Of a stretch of 64,000 nucleotides of DNA, positions 38,623 through 50,184 are shown in pieces. Below the pieces are notes generated by a model. The model saw only the letters and a program-made list of their open reading frames with translations. It did not search any database and was not told the origin of the DNA. Every line of letters begins with the position of its first letter. Position 1 is the first letter of the stretch. The DNA is from Octopus bimaculoides (taxonomy: Eukaryota), in NCBI RefSeq assembly GCF_001194135.2, contig NC_068997.1, positions 4,892,207 to 4,956,206 of the forward strand. The letters run 5' to 3'. The position numbers were made by a program, and so were the translations under genes.

Positions 38623-39076
38623 TATGTGATGTATGTGTATATGTATACATATCTATATATATATACATATCTATATATATCTATATATACATATCTATAT
38701 ATATAAGCATGCCTTTGCAGGGGTGTATGTGTTCATTGAAGCACATGTATGTGTAACCTTCAGCCTAGAGTTTGTATACAGTTTGTCTAACGCTATCTTG
38801 CTTGCATTTGACATACACATACATACACACAAAACACATATAAACACTCACACGCATCCCTTTGAATTAAAATAGACAATTTGAAGATTTTCTTTCAAAT
38901 CTGAAAATAAAACAATTAGCTTGATTATTGATTTTCTTTCTTCCTGGTATTTTTTTTTTCTATTTAAAATAAACAAAGAATTGAGTTTACAACCAAATTT
39001 GAAAGCTCTCTCCACCAAATTATTTTTGTAAACCCATAAATATCATATCTATATCCAAAATCTCATAAAGACATTG

Positions 39077-39111
<35 letters not shown>

Positions 39112-39912
39112 GGTAGTGCCCCAGCATGGCTACAGCTCATGAGCTGAAACTAGACCAAATCAAATCAAAAAAATCAAGAGAGAGAGAGAGTGTGTGTGTG
39201 TGTGTTGCATGCCCCTTTGTCCCGTAACTTAGCACTTCGAACTAGACTGACTGAAGTAGTATATACCAACCACCTTACAGTATGTACTGGATACTTTTTT
39301 TGTCACTGCCACTAGTGTGGTTGCTTAGTAAATTGCAAAACAGAAAGAACAAAAACATGAGTAAGAAGATGGGTGTGGGTTATTAGGGAAGTGGAGCAAG
39401 TGCTGAGTGGGACAAGAATAGGTGCCTTGCAATAGAGGAGGCACATGGGTACCCCACATTATAGTTGAGTAGTAGTAATTGGGACGATGTGTGTGTGTGT
39501 GTGTGTATGTGTGTGTATGTATCAAATCATGTCCATGACTATATAGGTTACTGGTGGAAAATAAAGTGGGAAGCAATGATATTGAGATTCAAGGATAGAT
39601 TTTAAAAGTGGATCCAAGGAGAGGAGAAGGTTAACTTGTAGCACAAAAGAGGATGAAATAGGTCAATTCTGCTCCCAAATGATTACAGCAGCTGAACAGT
39701 GCCATACTTAGAGGAGTGATAGAAGGATGGGTATTAGGAAGACAAGAGATGGAGAAGGCCTGATGGGAACAGAGTCCAGTGACTATATTAAATATAAACA
39801 TAATGAACACACACACAAACACCAGTGTATTAGCGATCAGTTCAAGATTATAAATTTCTTGCATAAGACCCATGACAAAACATTTCAAAGGATGGTGGTG
39901 TTAGTGGTTGTG

Positions 39913-40350
39913 GTCATCTCCAAGTAAATTTTCAAGTCATTTAAGTAAACTGGCCATCTCCTAGTCACTTAAGCAACCTGGGAATTGGGTCACTCAATCG
40001 GATCATCTCCAAATCATTTAAACTGGTCATCTCCGGGTGGTTCAAAAAAACTGCTCACGTCTAGGTTACTTAAATAAACTGACCATTTCCTGGTAACTTA
40101 AACTGGTTATCCCTCCACTTCACAAACTGGCCAACTCAAAGTCACATGAACAGACTATGAGGTCACTTAAACAAACGGGTCATCTTGAGGTCACTTAATC
40201 AAACTGACCAACTTCATATCACTTAAGCTGGTCATCTCTCACTTATTTAAACAAACTAGTCACCCCTCCAGCTCACAAATTGGTCACCTCTACGTCACTT
40301 GAACAAACTGGCCATCTCCAGTCACTTCAACAAACTTCAAGTCACTTTAC
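39913..40350. repeat. Degenerate minisatellite, about 25-28 bp unit, roughly 15 copies
   Basis: Recurring AAACTGGTCATCTC and GTCACTTAA. Confidence 0.75.
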
Positions 40351-41648
40351 CTTAACCCATTCGCATTCTGGTTTGTCAAATGTAATGCTTATTTATTCAC
40401 AGTTTTGAATTAATAATACATTTTGTAGCTTCAAGATTTCAATNNNNNNNNNNNNNNNNNNNNNNNNNNNNNNNNNNNNNNNNNNNNNNNNNNNNNNNNN
40501 NNNNNNNNNNNNNNNNNNNNNNNNNNNNNNNNNNNNNNNNNNNGATTGTTTTTTGTTTTTTTCAGACAGTGAGTTAGAAATGCGGACAAATATAGACAAA
40601 TATATACATAGGCAGACAGGCAGAAAGGTAGGTAAGTAAGGAGCTAGATAGAAAAACATTTTTTTAAATTCTTTTTCTAACCACAGTCACTGCTTAGCTG
40701 ATCATGTGTCCTACTACTTGTTTCACTCGGGTACATATTTTAGCAATCTCTATTCAATAAACCACTAAGTTACAAGACAAAAAATGGGGCATGACATACA
40801 CAAAACACCAATTTTAACAGGGTGTAGAAACCAAGTCAAAGTAGGCATTGGAGCATGATACAAACTTCAAACTTATCAGATTCTGCTGAATCATACAACC
40901 CATGCCAGCATGGAAAATAAATGTTAAACGATGAGGATGATCTATATTATATATATCATCATCATCATTTAGCAGCCGTTTTCCATGCTGGCATGGGTAA
41001 GACGGTGCGACTGGAACTGATACATTGGAGAGCTGCAACAGGCTCCAGTCTGTTTTGGGTTGGTTTCTACAGCTGGATGCCCTTCCTAATGTCATCCAAT
41101 ATATATAAATATATATATCAAATGAGCATAGGCATGGCTCTGTGGTTAAGAAATTCATTTTGCAAACACACAGTTTCAGGTTTAGCCCCAGTGCACAGCA
41201 CATTGAACAAGTGTCTTCTACTATAGCCCTGGGCCAGCCAAATCCTTGTGAGAGGTTTTGACTGACAGAAACTGAAAGCAGTCCATTTATATGTGTGTAC
41301 ATGAGACAGAAAGAGAGAGAGAGAGAGAGTGTGTGTGTGTGTGTGTACATGCACATGTGTGTATATGCATGAGTGTTCATATCTCCTTGTCTTTATATTG
41401 TGCATTACATGTAAACAAATGTCGCTCATACAAGCAGTGTCATTTGTTTGTAATATTCCAAGAAGAGTATACCTAACCATTTGTGCTGTTCGTGTTTACA
41501 GGATCAGGAGAAATACAACAATTTTGCTTGGAAGTAAGTGAGGGTTGATGACAGGGAGAGCATTTAACAGTAGAAAATCTGCCTCAACAAATTCTGTCTG
41601 ACCCAGGCAAGCATGGAAAGGTAGGCATTCAAACAACAATGATGGCAT

Positions 41649-41693
<45 letters not shown>

Positions 41694-42084
41694 GAAAAGA
41701 TAGGAAAAAGAGAGAGCAAAAGAGAGATGGGAAATAATGAAGAGAAAGCAAACCAGTAGAAACAGGTTTTGTATTTTCTTTTTCATTGCATTGCTTGCAT
41801 CATCCTTATTATCATTAGTAGTAGTAGTAGTAGTAGTAGTAGTAGGAGAGGAGCTCAAAGTGACACAAAAGTCACCTTAAAAAAAAAAAAAAAGACTATC
41901 GCAGTCCTGTATCCTGAAACAGAGAAGTTCCAGGGATTAAAGGGATTATTGTTCTTGTCTTTTATTTTTATCTTTTTATATTTGCACAGCGAAGGAAGAG
42001 AGAAAGAAGGAAAGAAAGAGAGCAAGTGAGAAGCCGAACAGCGACAATAACAACAACAACAAGAACTGCATGGAAAGTCTCTGT

Positions 42085-42171
42085 TCATTTTTTCACAATT
42101 TGAATCACATCATCATGGTGCATCTGGTGTTGGATTCCAACTCTCTGAGGACTGTACTTTACACTGGAACC
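42085..42171 (-). CDS. DRG2: DRG2 last exon (GSSVKYSPQRVGIQHQMHHDDVIQIVKK*)
   Basis: tacttgcag| acceptor, stop ends at 42085; the 13 in-window exons total 1031 nt in one frame. Confidence 0.97.
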   Translation of the reverse strand, partial: GSSVKYSPQRVGIQHQMHHDDVIQIVKK

Positions 42172-43837
42172 CTGCAAGTAGAGAAGAAAAAGTACAGGCA
42201 TCTTGGTTAGTTCTTTACAGCCGGGATTGATTAAAACAAATTCAGCAGAGTCTTTAGAATGTGAGATAGAATGCCTAATGGTATTTGATCTGATTCTAAG
42301 CATGCTCTGTGTTCAAATCCTGCCAAAGTCGACTTTGCCTTTGATCCTTTCAGGGGTTGATAGAAAAAAGTAACCAGAACTTCGGACTAGTGTCTTCTAC
42401 TACAGCTCTGGGCTGACTAATTGCTTTGTGAGTAAATTTTGTATATGGAAACTGCGTGGAAACCCATTGTATATATGTGCATGTGTGTGTGTGCGTGTCT
42501 GCATTTGTTCCTCCATCACCACCACTATTTGACAATTGGTTCTTGTTTACCTATATTCCCATAACTTAGCAGTTCAGCAAAAGAACTGATAAAATAAGTA
42601 CTAGACTTGAAAATAATAAAGTATGTACTGAGGACAATCTGTTTAACTGAAACCATTGAAGGCAGTGCCCCAGCATGGCCACAGCCCAATTACTGAAACA
42701 AGTAAATGATAAATCCAAGGTAGCAGACTGGCTGAAAGTGTGAGCAGGTCAGGAAAGATACCTTGTGGTATTGATACTCTTTGCATCCAAACACAAACAC
42801 TATAAAACCCCTATGGTGCCAAGGTGTATCAGCCCACAACTGTGGCCTTTCCTGATGTATATATTGATGGCAGGGAGAAGGCTCTGGCCTGCACCTACAT
42901 GTGTAGTTGCGCAATCAAACATGAGTGACAAGCCCCTTAAGTAGTTGTGGTGACTGACACCTCTCATTCACAATATCTTCATTCTACCAATGAGAAAGAC
43001 TGAATGCAGTCACACTCAACCTGCGGGAAGTAACACATATCTCACACAAATCACACCTAAGTGTTAACAACAGAAAAAGACAAACACACTAGATAATGTG
43101 GTCCTGTATACTTTTAAGACAGAATGGTCATGGCTAGAATGCATCTGAATCGTAGATTTACTGGATCAGAGACTAATGTGTTCATATTCTGTGAAACCTC
43201 CAAAGAGAGTGGAGGAAGAAATTTGTAAACTGATGAGTTTCACCAGCTGAAGCATTTTAAAGTTGTTTAACCCTAAATTTAAAGTTGTTTAGCCCTAGGT
43301 AAATACTGATTGAGTAGACTTGCAACCAAAGATAATCCGATTTCGATGTTTCTAGGATTTATTATTCAATGTGTATTTTCCTTATTTAAGAAGGCAAAGT
43401 GTGATTTGATGTAAAATGAAAATGATGATGTGATGTATAAAATGGATTGTGTGCAGACTCACAGTTTTTGTTAGACTGAAGCATACATAGTTATGTCCCT
43501 TGTTGAAGGTGACAGAACAACTCATGGTGTCCAGAGATAAGTCTAAAGGATTAATCCTCTTTTACTCAGATTGCCAAATGAAACAGGAGAATCCTAGGAA
43601 ACTAATGATGGTGTATGTTGGAAAATAGTATTTTATTATGGGGAACGAGAAGAGGAGCGAGGGTTTTTGTTGGGCATTTGATATCATTTCAATGAAGAAT
43701 CCAGTCAAAAATGTTAGACATCTCCTATTAACTGATTCCAAGACAAAATTATTTATTTCACTTGATAAATGACAGGGCTTGCTTATCGTACATCAAATAT
43801 AAACATAAAGAGTAAAAGACAACAGGTGATGACTTAC

Positions 43838-43891
43838 CCATACTAAAGCATATTTGAATGTATTAACCAAGGATCTGTGGATGGAGTGACA
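43838..43891 (-). CDS. DRG2: DRG2 exon (CHSIHRSLVNTFKYALVW)
   Basis: ttgttgcag| and |gtaagt boundaries, 54 nt. Confidence 0.96.
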
Positions 43892-44107
43892 CTGCAACAA
43901 CAAAAACAAAATGTAATAAAAATAACATGAAAATTCCTCAAAATAGGAACATTTTACATCACTAGCTCTGTTTTTTAAAATAACAAAGGTGGAGTGCTTC
44001 CATATGGCCGCAAATGAGTTAACAGAATAAGCTTTGGTCAATGTCCAGCAGGATATACTCTCCATCAACCAGAAGGTATAGAATAGAGTTAAAAAAACTA
44101 AACATAG

Positions 44108-44138
<31 letters not shown>

Positions 44139-44262
44139 CAAAAATGTTGATAGTGACTTCGAAGTTTGGGCCAGGTAAGCCATCGTGAGGTGGGTCACTC
44201 TATACAAAAGTACAGAGTAACCATCAGATTATTTTTCATATAACTGAACATAAAAACTAACA

Positions 44263-44306
<44 letters not shown>

Positions 44307-44942
44307 TATATATATATACACACACATACATATATAGTTCAAATTTACAGAAAACAAAAGACAAATACAGGTGATGGAAGAAAAAGCAAGTATATATATA
44401 TAAATCTCTGTGCATGCACACACACACACATGCAGCTAGCCATTTCTTGCGAATGGTATGGCTTGGTAATGTGCACTGTGATTTTGCTAATTGCATTAAG
44501 AGTCACAGTAATTGCGAGCATACATAGATGCCTTCTCAGCTTTTCACAACTGACTCAGCATATTCAGGATGTGACAGATGGAGGGTGAGGGCTGCACCAA
44601 CATCTTTGCTGGTACTCATTTTTAACTGAGAAGACCAAAAAAAACTGTAAAATGAAGAGCCTTCCTCAAGGATGCAAGACACTGCATGGTTCAGGAACTG
44701 AACCCACAACCTTGTGCATGAGTCAAGCACTAGAACCACTAAGCCACATGCCTTGATATAGACAGACAGGCAAATATAACTGTATATCTAAATGTTTTAT
44801 GGAATCAGTCTCTTTTGGTTTGGGTCACGAATACAGTCAATGGCATGAAACCTTTGGGTAAGAGAAAATAGTCTACACATTCCTAAAATAGTCATGCACT
44901 GAGGACTTTTCTGTTTTGATACAAAAACATATATAGATATAT

Positions 44943-44981
<39 letters not shown>

Positions 44982-45188
44982 TATATATAATAATAACATA
45001 GATTTAATCAAAAGATTAAATGTGGTATTTATTCATGTAGTGAGAACACTACATAAAATGTACTATGAAAATGTAAAGGAGTACGTTTTCATTGTACATT
45101 TTATGTAGTGTTCTCACTACATGAATAAATGAAGTTTGTACGAAACGTACGTACTGCTATAACCTATTGAATTTTTGTTGCTTTTCTT

Positions 45189-45235
<47 letters not shown>

Positions 45236-46807
45236 GTACACACACATTGATAAATAATTTGAGAACACTAGTAGTGGGTGATGTTATTTAACACCAGGTC
45301 AACCCAAATTCAACAGAACTGTGATCAAAGATGCTCTGGCCATGACCATGCCATCCTATCTTTTATTCAGAGATTGTACAACTAAATTACATTATTCAAT
45401 GTGACTCTTTTGTTTTTAAATGGTAGTATGTAACAAGAGGGAGAGTCAACTGCTATTACTCGCAGATCATACAACCATATAAAAGCTCTCCCATTGGCTC
45501 GTAGAGGGTGTCCCAGGCTGGTTTAACCAGTTGTGATCAATACAGGTCAATATTATCAACAGATAACATAAGTTTATGCTTTTGTTTTGCAGAAACAGGA
45601 GGTACAGTGACTTACATCAATTTATCCATGTTTCTGTGAATATAATGGTTTCTTTGTTAAGTAATCATCATCAACATTTAACATCCATTTTCCATGCTGG
45701 CATGGGTTGGATGGCTTGACAGCAACTGGCAAGGCCAGGGGCCACACTAGGTTCCATAATCTGTTTTGTCTTGGTTTCTAGGGCAGGATGCCTGCCCTAA
45801 CTCCAACCAATCCATAAAGTGTACTGAGTGCTTTTTATGTAACACCATCACCAGCGCTTTTTACATGGCACCAGCACCAATACTTTTTATGTGGCACCAG
45901 CACCCACACTGATGCTTTTTACGTGGCACCTTCGTTTTCGGATCTCCATCTTAAGCAATTTTTTTACAGATCTGTTACTTTCCTATCTCCAATTAATTTT
46001 ATATCAATTAATTAATGTCATATCTAATTCAATTAATGTTATATTTAATTAGTATCCCTAATTAATTGTATGTCAAAGCCAAACTAAAGTCGGAGATTCA
46101 ATATATTGTCCAATTTAACACACCCACACCTTTAGCAGATTCCACTGCAACTAAAAGTATTTGAGTCAGGTCTCCAGTCTTAGAATAATTTCAAGGCACC
46201 AGTCTTGACGCCCATAAAAAAAAAATCATTGTATTGAATTAAATACAAATCATGTAACACCTTTTCTCCTTTCTTTCATATAACAGAAGATAGGCATGGT
46301 TGTGTGGTAAGAAGTTTGCTTCTCAACCACATGGTTCCAGGTTCAGTCCACTGCATGGTAACATAGGCAAGTGTCTTCTACTATAGCCTAAGGCCAACCA
46401 AAGCTTGTGAGCAGATTTAGTAGATGGAAACTGAAAGAAGCCGTGAAGGGCATCCAGCCATAGAAACCATGCCACAACAGACGGAGTCTGGACAGTTCCC
46501 AGCTAGCCAGCACCATGTCAAGCCGGCCAACCCATGCTATCATGGAGAGGAGATGATGATGGTGTGTGTGTGTGTGTGTCTGTCTCTGTGCTTGTTCACC
46601 ACCACCACCACCACCACCACTTGACAATCAGTGTCAGTGTGTTTTTGTCCCCGTAACTTAGCAGTTCAGCAAAAGGGACATAAGTACCAGATTTAAAAAT
46701 AAAATAAGTACTGGGGTTGATTAGTTCAATAAAATTCCTCAAGGTGGTGCCCCAGCATGGCTGCAGTCTAATGACTGAAACAAGATAACAGATAATTCTC
46801 TACATAC

Positions 46808-46866
46808 CACATGTTCAACAAGGCAACCTTTTCTTAATATCAAGCCTCCATCGAAATCAGGACTTT
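46808..46866 (-). CDS. DRG2: DRG2 exon (ESPDFDGGLILRKGCLVEHV; TGS domain)
   Basis: atatttcag| and |gtatgt boundaries, 59 nt, phase 1/0. Confidence 0.96.
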
Positions 46867-47314
46867 CTGAAATATAAATAATACATGAATAAACAAATAG
46901 GATATAAGTAGTAACAGCCACTGTTAATGTCATTTCATTTTCTGGATGGAAATCTTTAGAAAGGAATGATTGTCACAACTTCTCGCTTCCTTGGTAACTA
47001 GTGTAATTAGATAACAAAATTGTTGTTGGTGGTGTTGTTTTAGCCACAACTTGACCCTGAGAAAAGGCCAGTGTGAATGTTGGTGTTATGTAAAAAGTAC
47101 TGGTGCCGGTACCACCTAAAAGGCACAGGTGATGACGTCACATAAAAAGCACCCAGTACACTCTGTGGAGTAGTTGGCATTAGGAAGGGCATCCAGATGT
47201 AGAACCCAAACCAAAACAGACTATGGGATCTGGTGCAGCCCCTGGCCTAGCCAGTTCCTGTCAAACTGTCCAACCTATGCCAGCATGGAAAACAGACAAT
47301 AAATGATAATGACA

Positions 47315-47352
<38 letters not shown>

Positions 47353-47713
47353 AACAGAGGTTATAGGAGAAGCAGCATAGAAGAGGCTAAGGCAAAGGTG
47401 GTGTGTCACTGACTGAACAGGAACAGAGGGCGTTGAAGTTGCAGTACAGGAGAGGCCAACAAAAGAACCAAAACACATCTGTAAGTCAATGGTAGTAGTA
47501 CTGTGTTGGTGAAACAGAGTCTTTGCTAATAAGTCTTTTTTCAGATGCAATCCAGAACATATGAGTAAACGCTACTGCTGTCATCATCACAATCGTCATA
47601 AACAACACAACTTCTAAGTTTTCAACGAATACCAACATCCCTTCCACACATGTCGCTTGTTTAAAACAAAAACAAAAGCAAAGAAAACGAGGAACAAGTA
47701 CTACAGTACTTAC

Positions 47714-47802
47714 CTCCCCTCTTTTTCGTATAAACTCGAACTAAGGCCAGATGTTCCCAAAGACACTCCAGTAAATAGTCAAGATTTAACTTCATATTAC
47801 AG
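47714..47802 (-). CDS. DRG2: DRG2 exon (CNMKLNLDYLLECLWEHLALVRVYTKKRG)
   Basis: ctattccag| and G|gtaagt boundaries, 89 nt, phase 2/1. Confidence 0.97.
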
Positions 47803-48485
47803 CTGGAATAGAATGGAACAGAAAGGTGACAGTTGAATGTAGTAGATGTAATAACATAGGAGTGTAGAGACTGTGAGGAGAAAGAAGTAGAGATGAGAGG
47901 GTACAGGTGTCTGTAAAGAAAGAGGAGAGAAGGGTAACAGGAGTGACAACAGAAAAAAGGGAGAGGAAGAGGGAAAGAGAAAGCAAAATAGAGGGTAAGT
48001 TAAGGGTAATTTTGGAAAGTGAGAGTATAACTGGATATGTATGTGCATGTGAGAGTGAAAGAGACAGACAGACATATACATGCATATATACATATTCACA
48101 TACACACACACACACATATATATATACATGCACATACATATATACACACACATATATATAAAAACTTGGCTGATGACCTTCTGCACCTGCAGGTGAATCT
48201 TAAAGCAGGAAGAGACTGAGTCAACCAAAATAATAAAATATTATCAATCTCTACTGTGGTACTGAGTACTTTTTCTTTTGTCATCATCATCATCCATTAC
48301 ATCCGTTTCCAACAGTCAACACTATACAAACATGCACATACACAAATACATATATATGTACACACTACAGGTGTGTGTGCGTGTGTGCGCACACATGCAC
48401 GCATGCATGTGTGTATATGTGTGTATCTCCAACATTTCTAGATGAATTAACAAACTAAGAAATGATATGTACGTTTCTTTCTTAC

Positions 48486-48562
48486 CTGACCACAACTGTG
48501 TAAGGCTTATGAGCAAGTCGATCAACCTCTTCAATTGATATTTGATCAATTTTGTTATAGAC
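48486..48562 (-). CDS. DRG2: DRG2 exon (VYNKIDQISIEEVDRLAHKPYTVVVS; G4 NKID)
   Basis: ttgacag| and AG|gtaaga boundaries, 77 nt, phase 0/2. Confidence 0.97.
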
Positions 48563-49059
48563 CTGTCAAATATTATTCACAAGAAACATTAAAATGAGTA
48601 TTGCATGTATGTACATATGTACATACCTACATATGTATGTGTGTGTGTTTTGTATACATTTTATCTTGCATATATACAGATGTTCATAGGCTTGAATGAA
48701 TGTGTATTGTATGTGTACATTTTACCCTGACTATTATATAATGCATAAACGGAGCCTGAAAGATTGCTTTAAGATACATGGTGTATTTTATAAACATGCC
48801 TTTCAAGTATCATATAGCATGAAACTATTAGTAACTCTTTCAGTTGTGTATATAATTTGATGTGTGTGTGTATGCATTGCACCTGCATATATTTGCCCTG
48901 GCTATTCTATCCCTCATATACACACACACATATATGAGAGAAGAGGTTAGCAAGGAAATAAGATGTTTTGGTACTTGTGTTTTGTCAGATCATTAGTAAT
49001 TGATTTTAATTTGGTTAACACTATTTATTCAACTCTCAAAAAAAATCAGATGTCATCAT

Positions 49060-49097
<38 letters not shown>

Positions 49098-50086
49098 ATA
49101 TTTTGAAGTGGTTAAAAGTGGTGTCCCATTGCAATCCTGTTGAGAAAAGTATTTTTATCATATTCATAGAGTTCTCTCTCTCTCTCTGTTTTTACATGCT
49201 CATATACACACAGATCTCTATGAATATGATGAATACTTTTCTCAACAAGATTGTAGTGGGACACCATTTTTAACCACCCCAAACTGAGAAAATAATCCAC
49301 TGTTAGAGAAAACAAATGGATCATAAGAAGTCCACAAGTGTCTAGTTAAGGATGGAAGAAATAAGCAGAGATATCAAAGACACTAAAAGTGAGAAGAGAT
49401 AAGAGGGCTGAGCAGAGCTATGAAAATATGTTAACAGAGCAGCTCGTGAATTCTTGCTCACAAGTGAAAACTGAGAACAGCAGCAAAAAAGTTTGGGTAA
49501 TTTTGTTCTAATTCCATTTGCTCCAACAGATTTGTGAACTGATAAATTTTGGCAAGAAAAGTCAAAACAAGAGTTGTATTTTACTTCAATATAGGAATAG
49601 ATAAGATGATCATGGTTGGAACACTTGATTATAAGTGTCTACTGGATTGGGGTTGACCTGGGGCTAAACTTGGTTATGAAAATAAAAACATTTAAAAATT
49701 ACAAGGTCATAACCAATGTAAACAAAGTTGTTGACAGCTGGATTGTACACAGGACCTTCCAGTTCCCAGAACTTCTTGACTATTCAACTATACTGCACTT
49801 GCAATTACTAATACTATATAGCTTTAAAAGGAAAATGAAATTCTCCTAAATGATTAATAACATTCTATCTGAAAATTCCTGTCCACACCCAGCTCATTCA
49901 GGAGAAAATAAACCTACAGTTTGTTTAAGATCTTATGTGGAAGTGCTTAGAATGTATTCTCTAAACAAAAAAATAAACCCAACTTTCTATAATATGAGAT
50001 AAAATAGACTCTGAACATAAAAAGTATATTTGCTGTAAAATATGTGTTTGTACCTGTGTGTGTGTGTGTAGAACATATATACTTAC

Positions 50087-50184
50087 ATACAAACACGGCA
50101 TATATATACGGTTTCCTAGGATGACATCAACTAATTCATCTGAATTACAATCTTCTCTGAAAAGAACTTCACAATTAAATATTT
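50087..50184 (-). CDS. DRG2: DRG2 exon (KIFNCEVLFREDCNSDELVDVILGNRIYMPCLY)
   Basis: acceptor ttctttaacgacattccag|, donor |gtaagt, 98 nt, phase 1/0. Confidence 0.97.

Noticed and set aside
44420-44535. Two-hairpin H/ACA-like fold in a DRG2 intron (minus strand)
   Set aside because: An ANANNA-like hinge is present but there is no ACA box after the second hairpin
48166-48224. C/D-box snoRNA-like motif (TTGGC-TGATGA...CTGA-GTCAA)
   Set aside because: On the plus strand, antisense to the DRG2 host intron; short, with no recognisable guide
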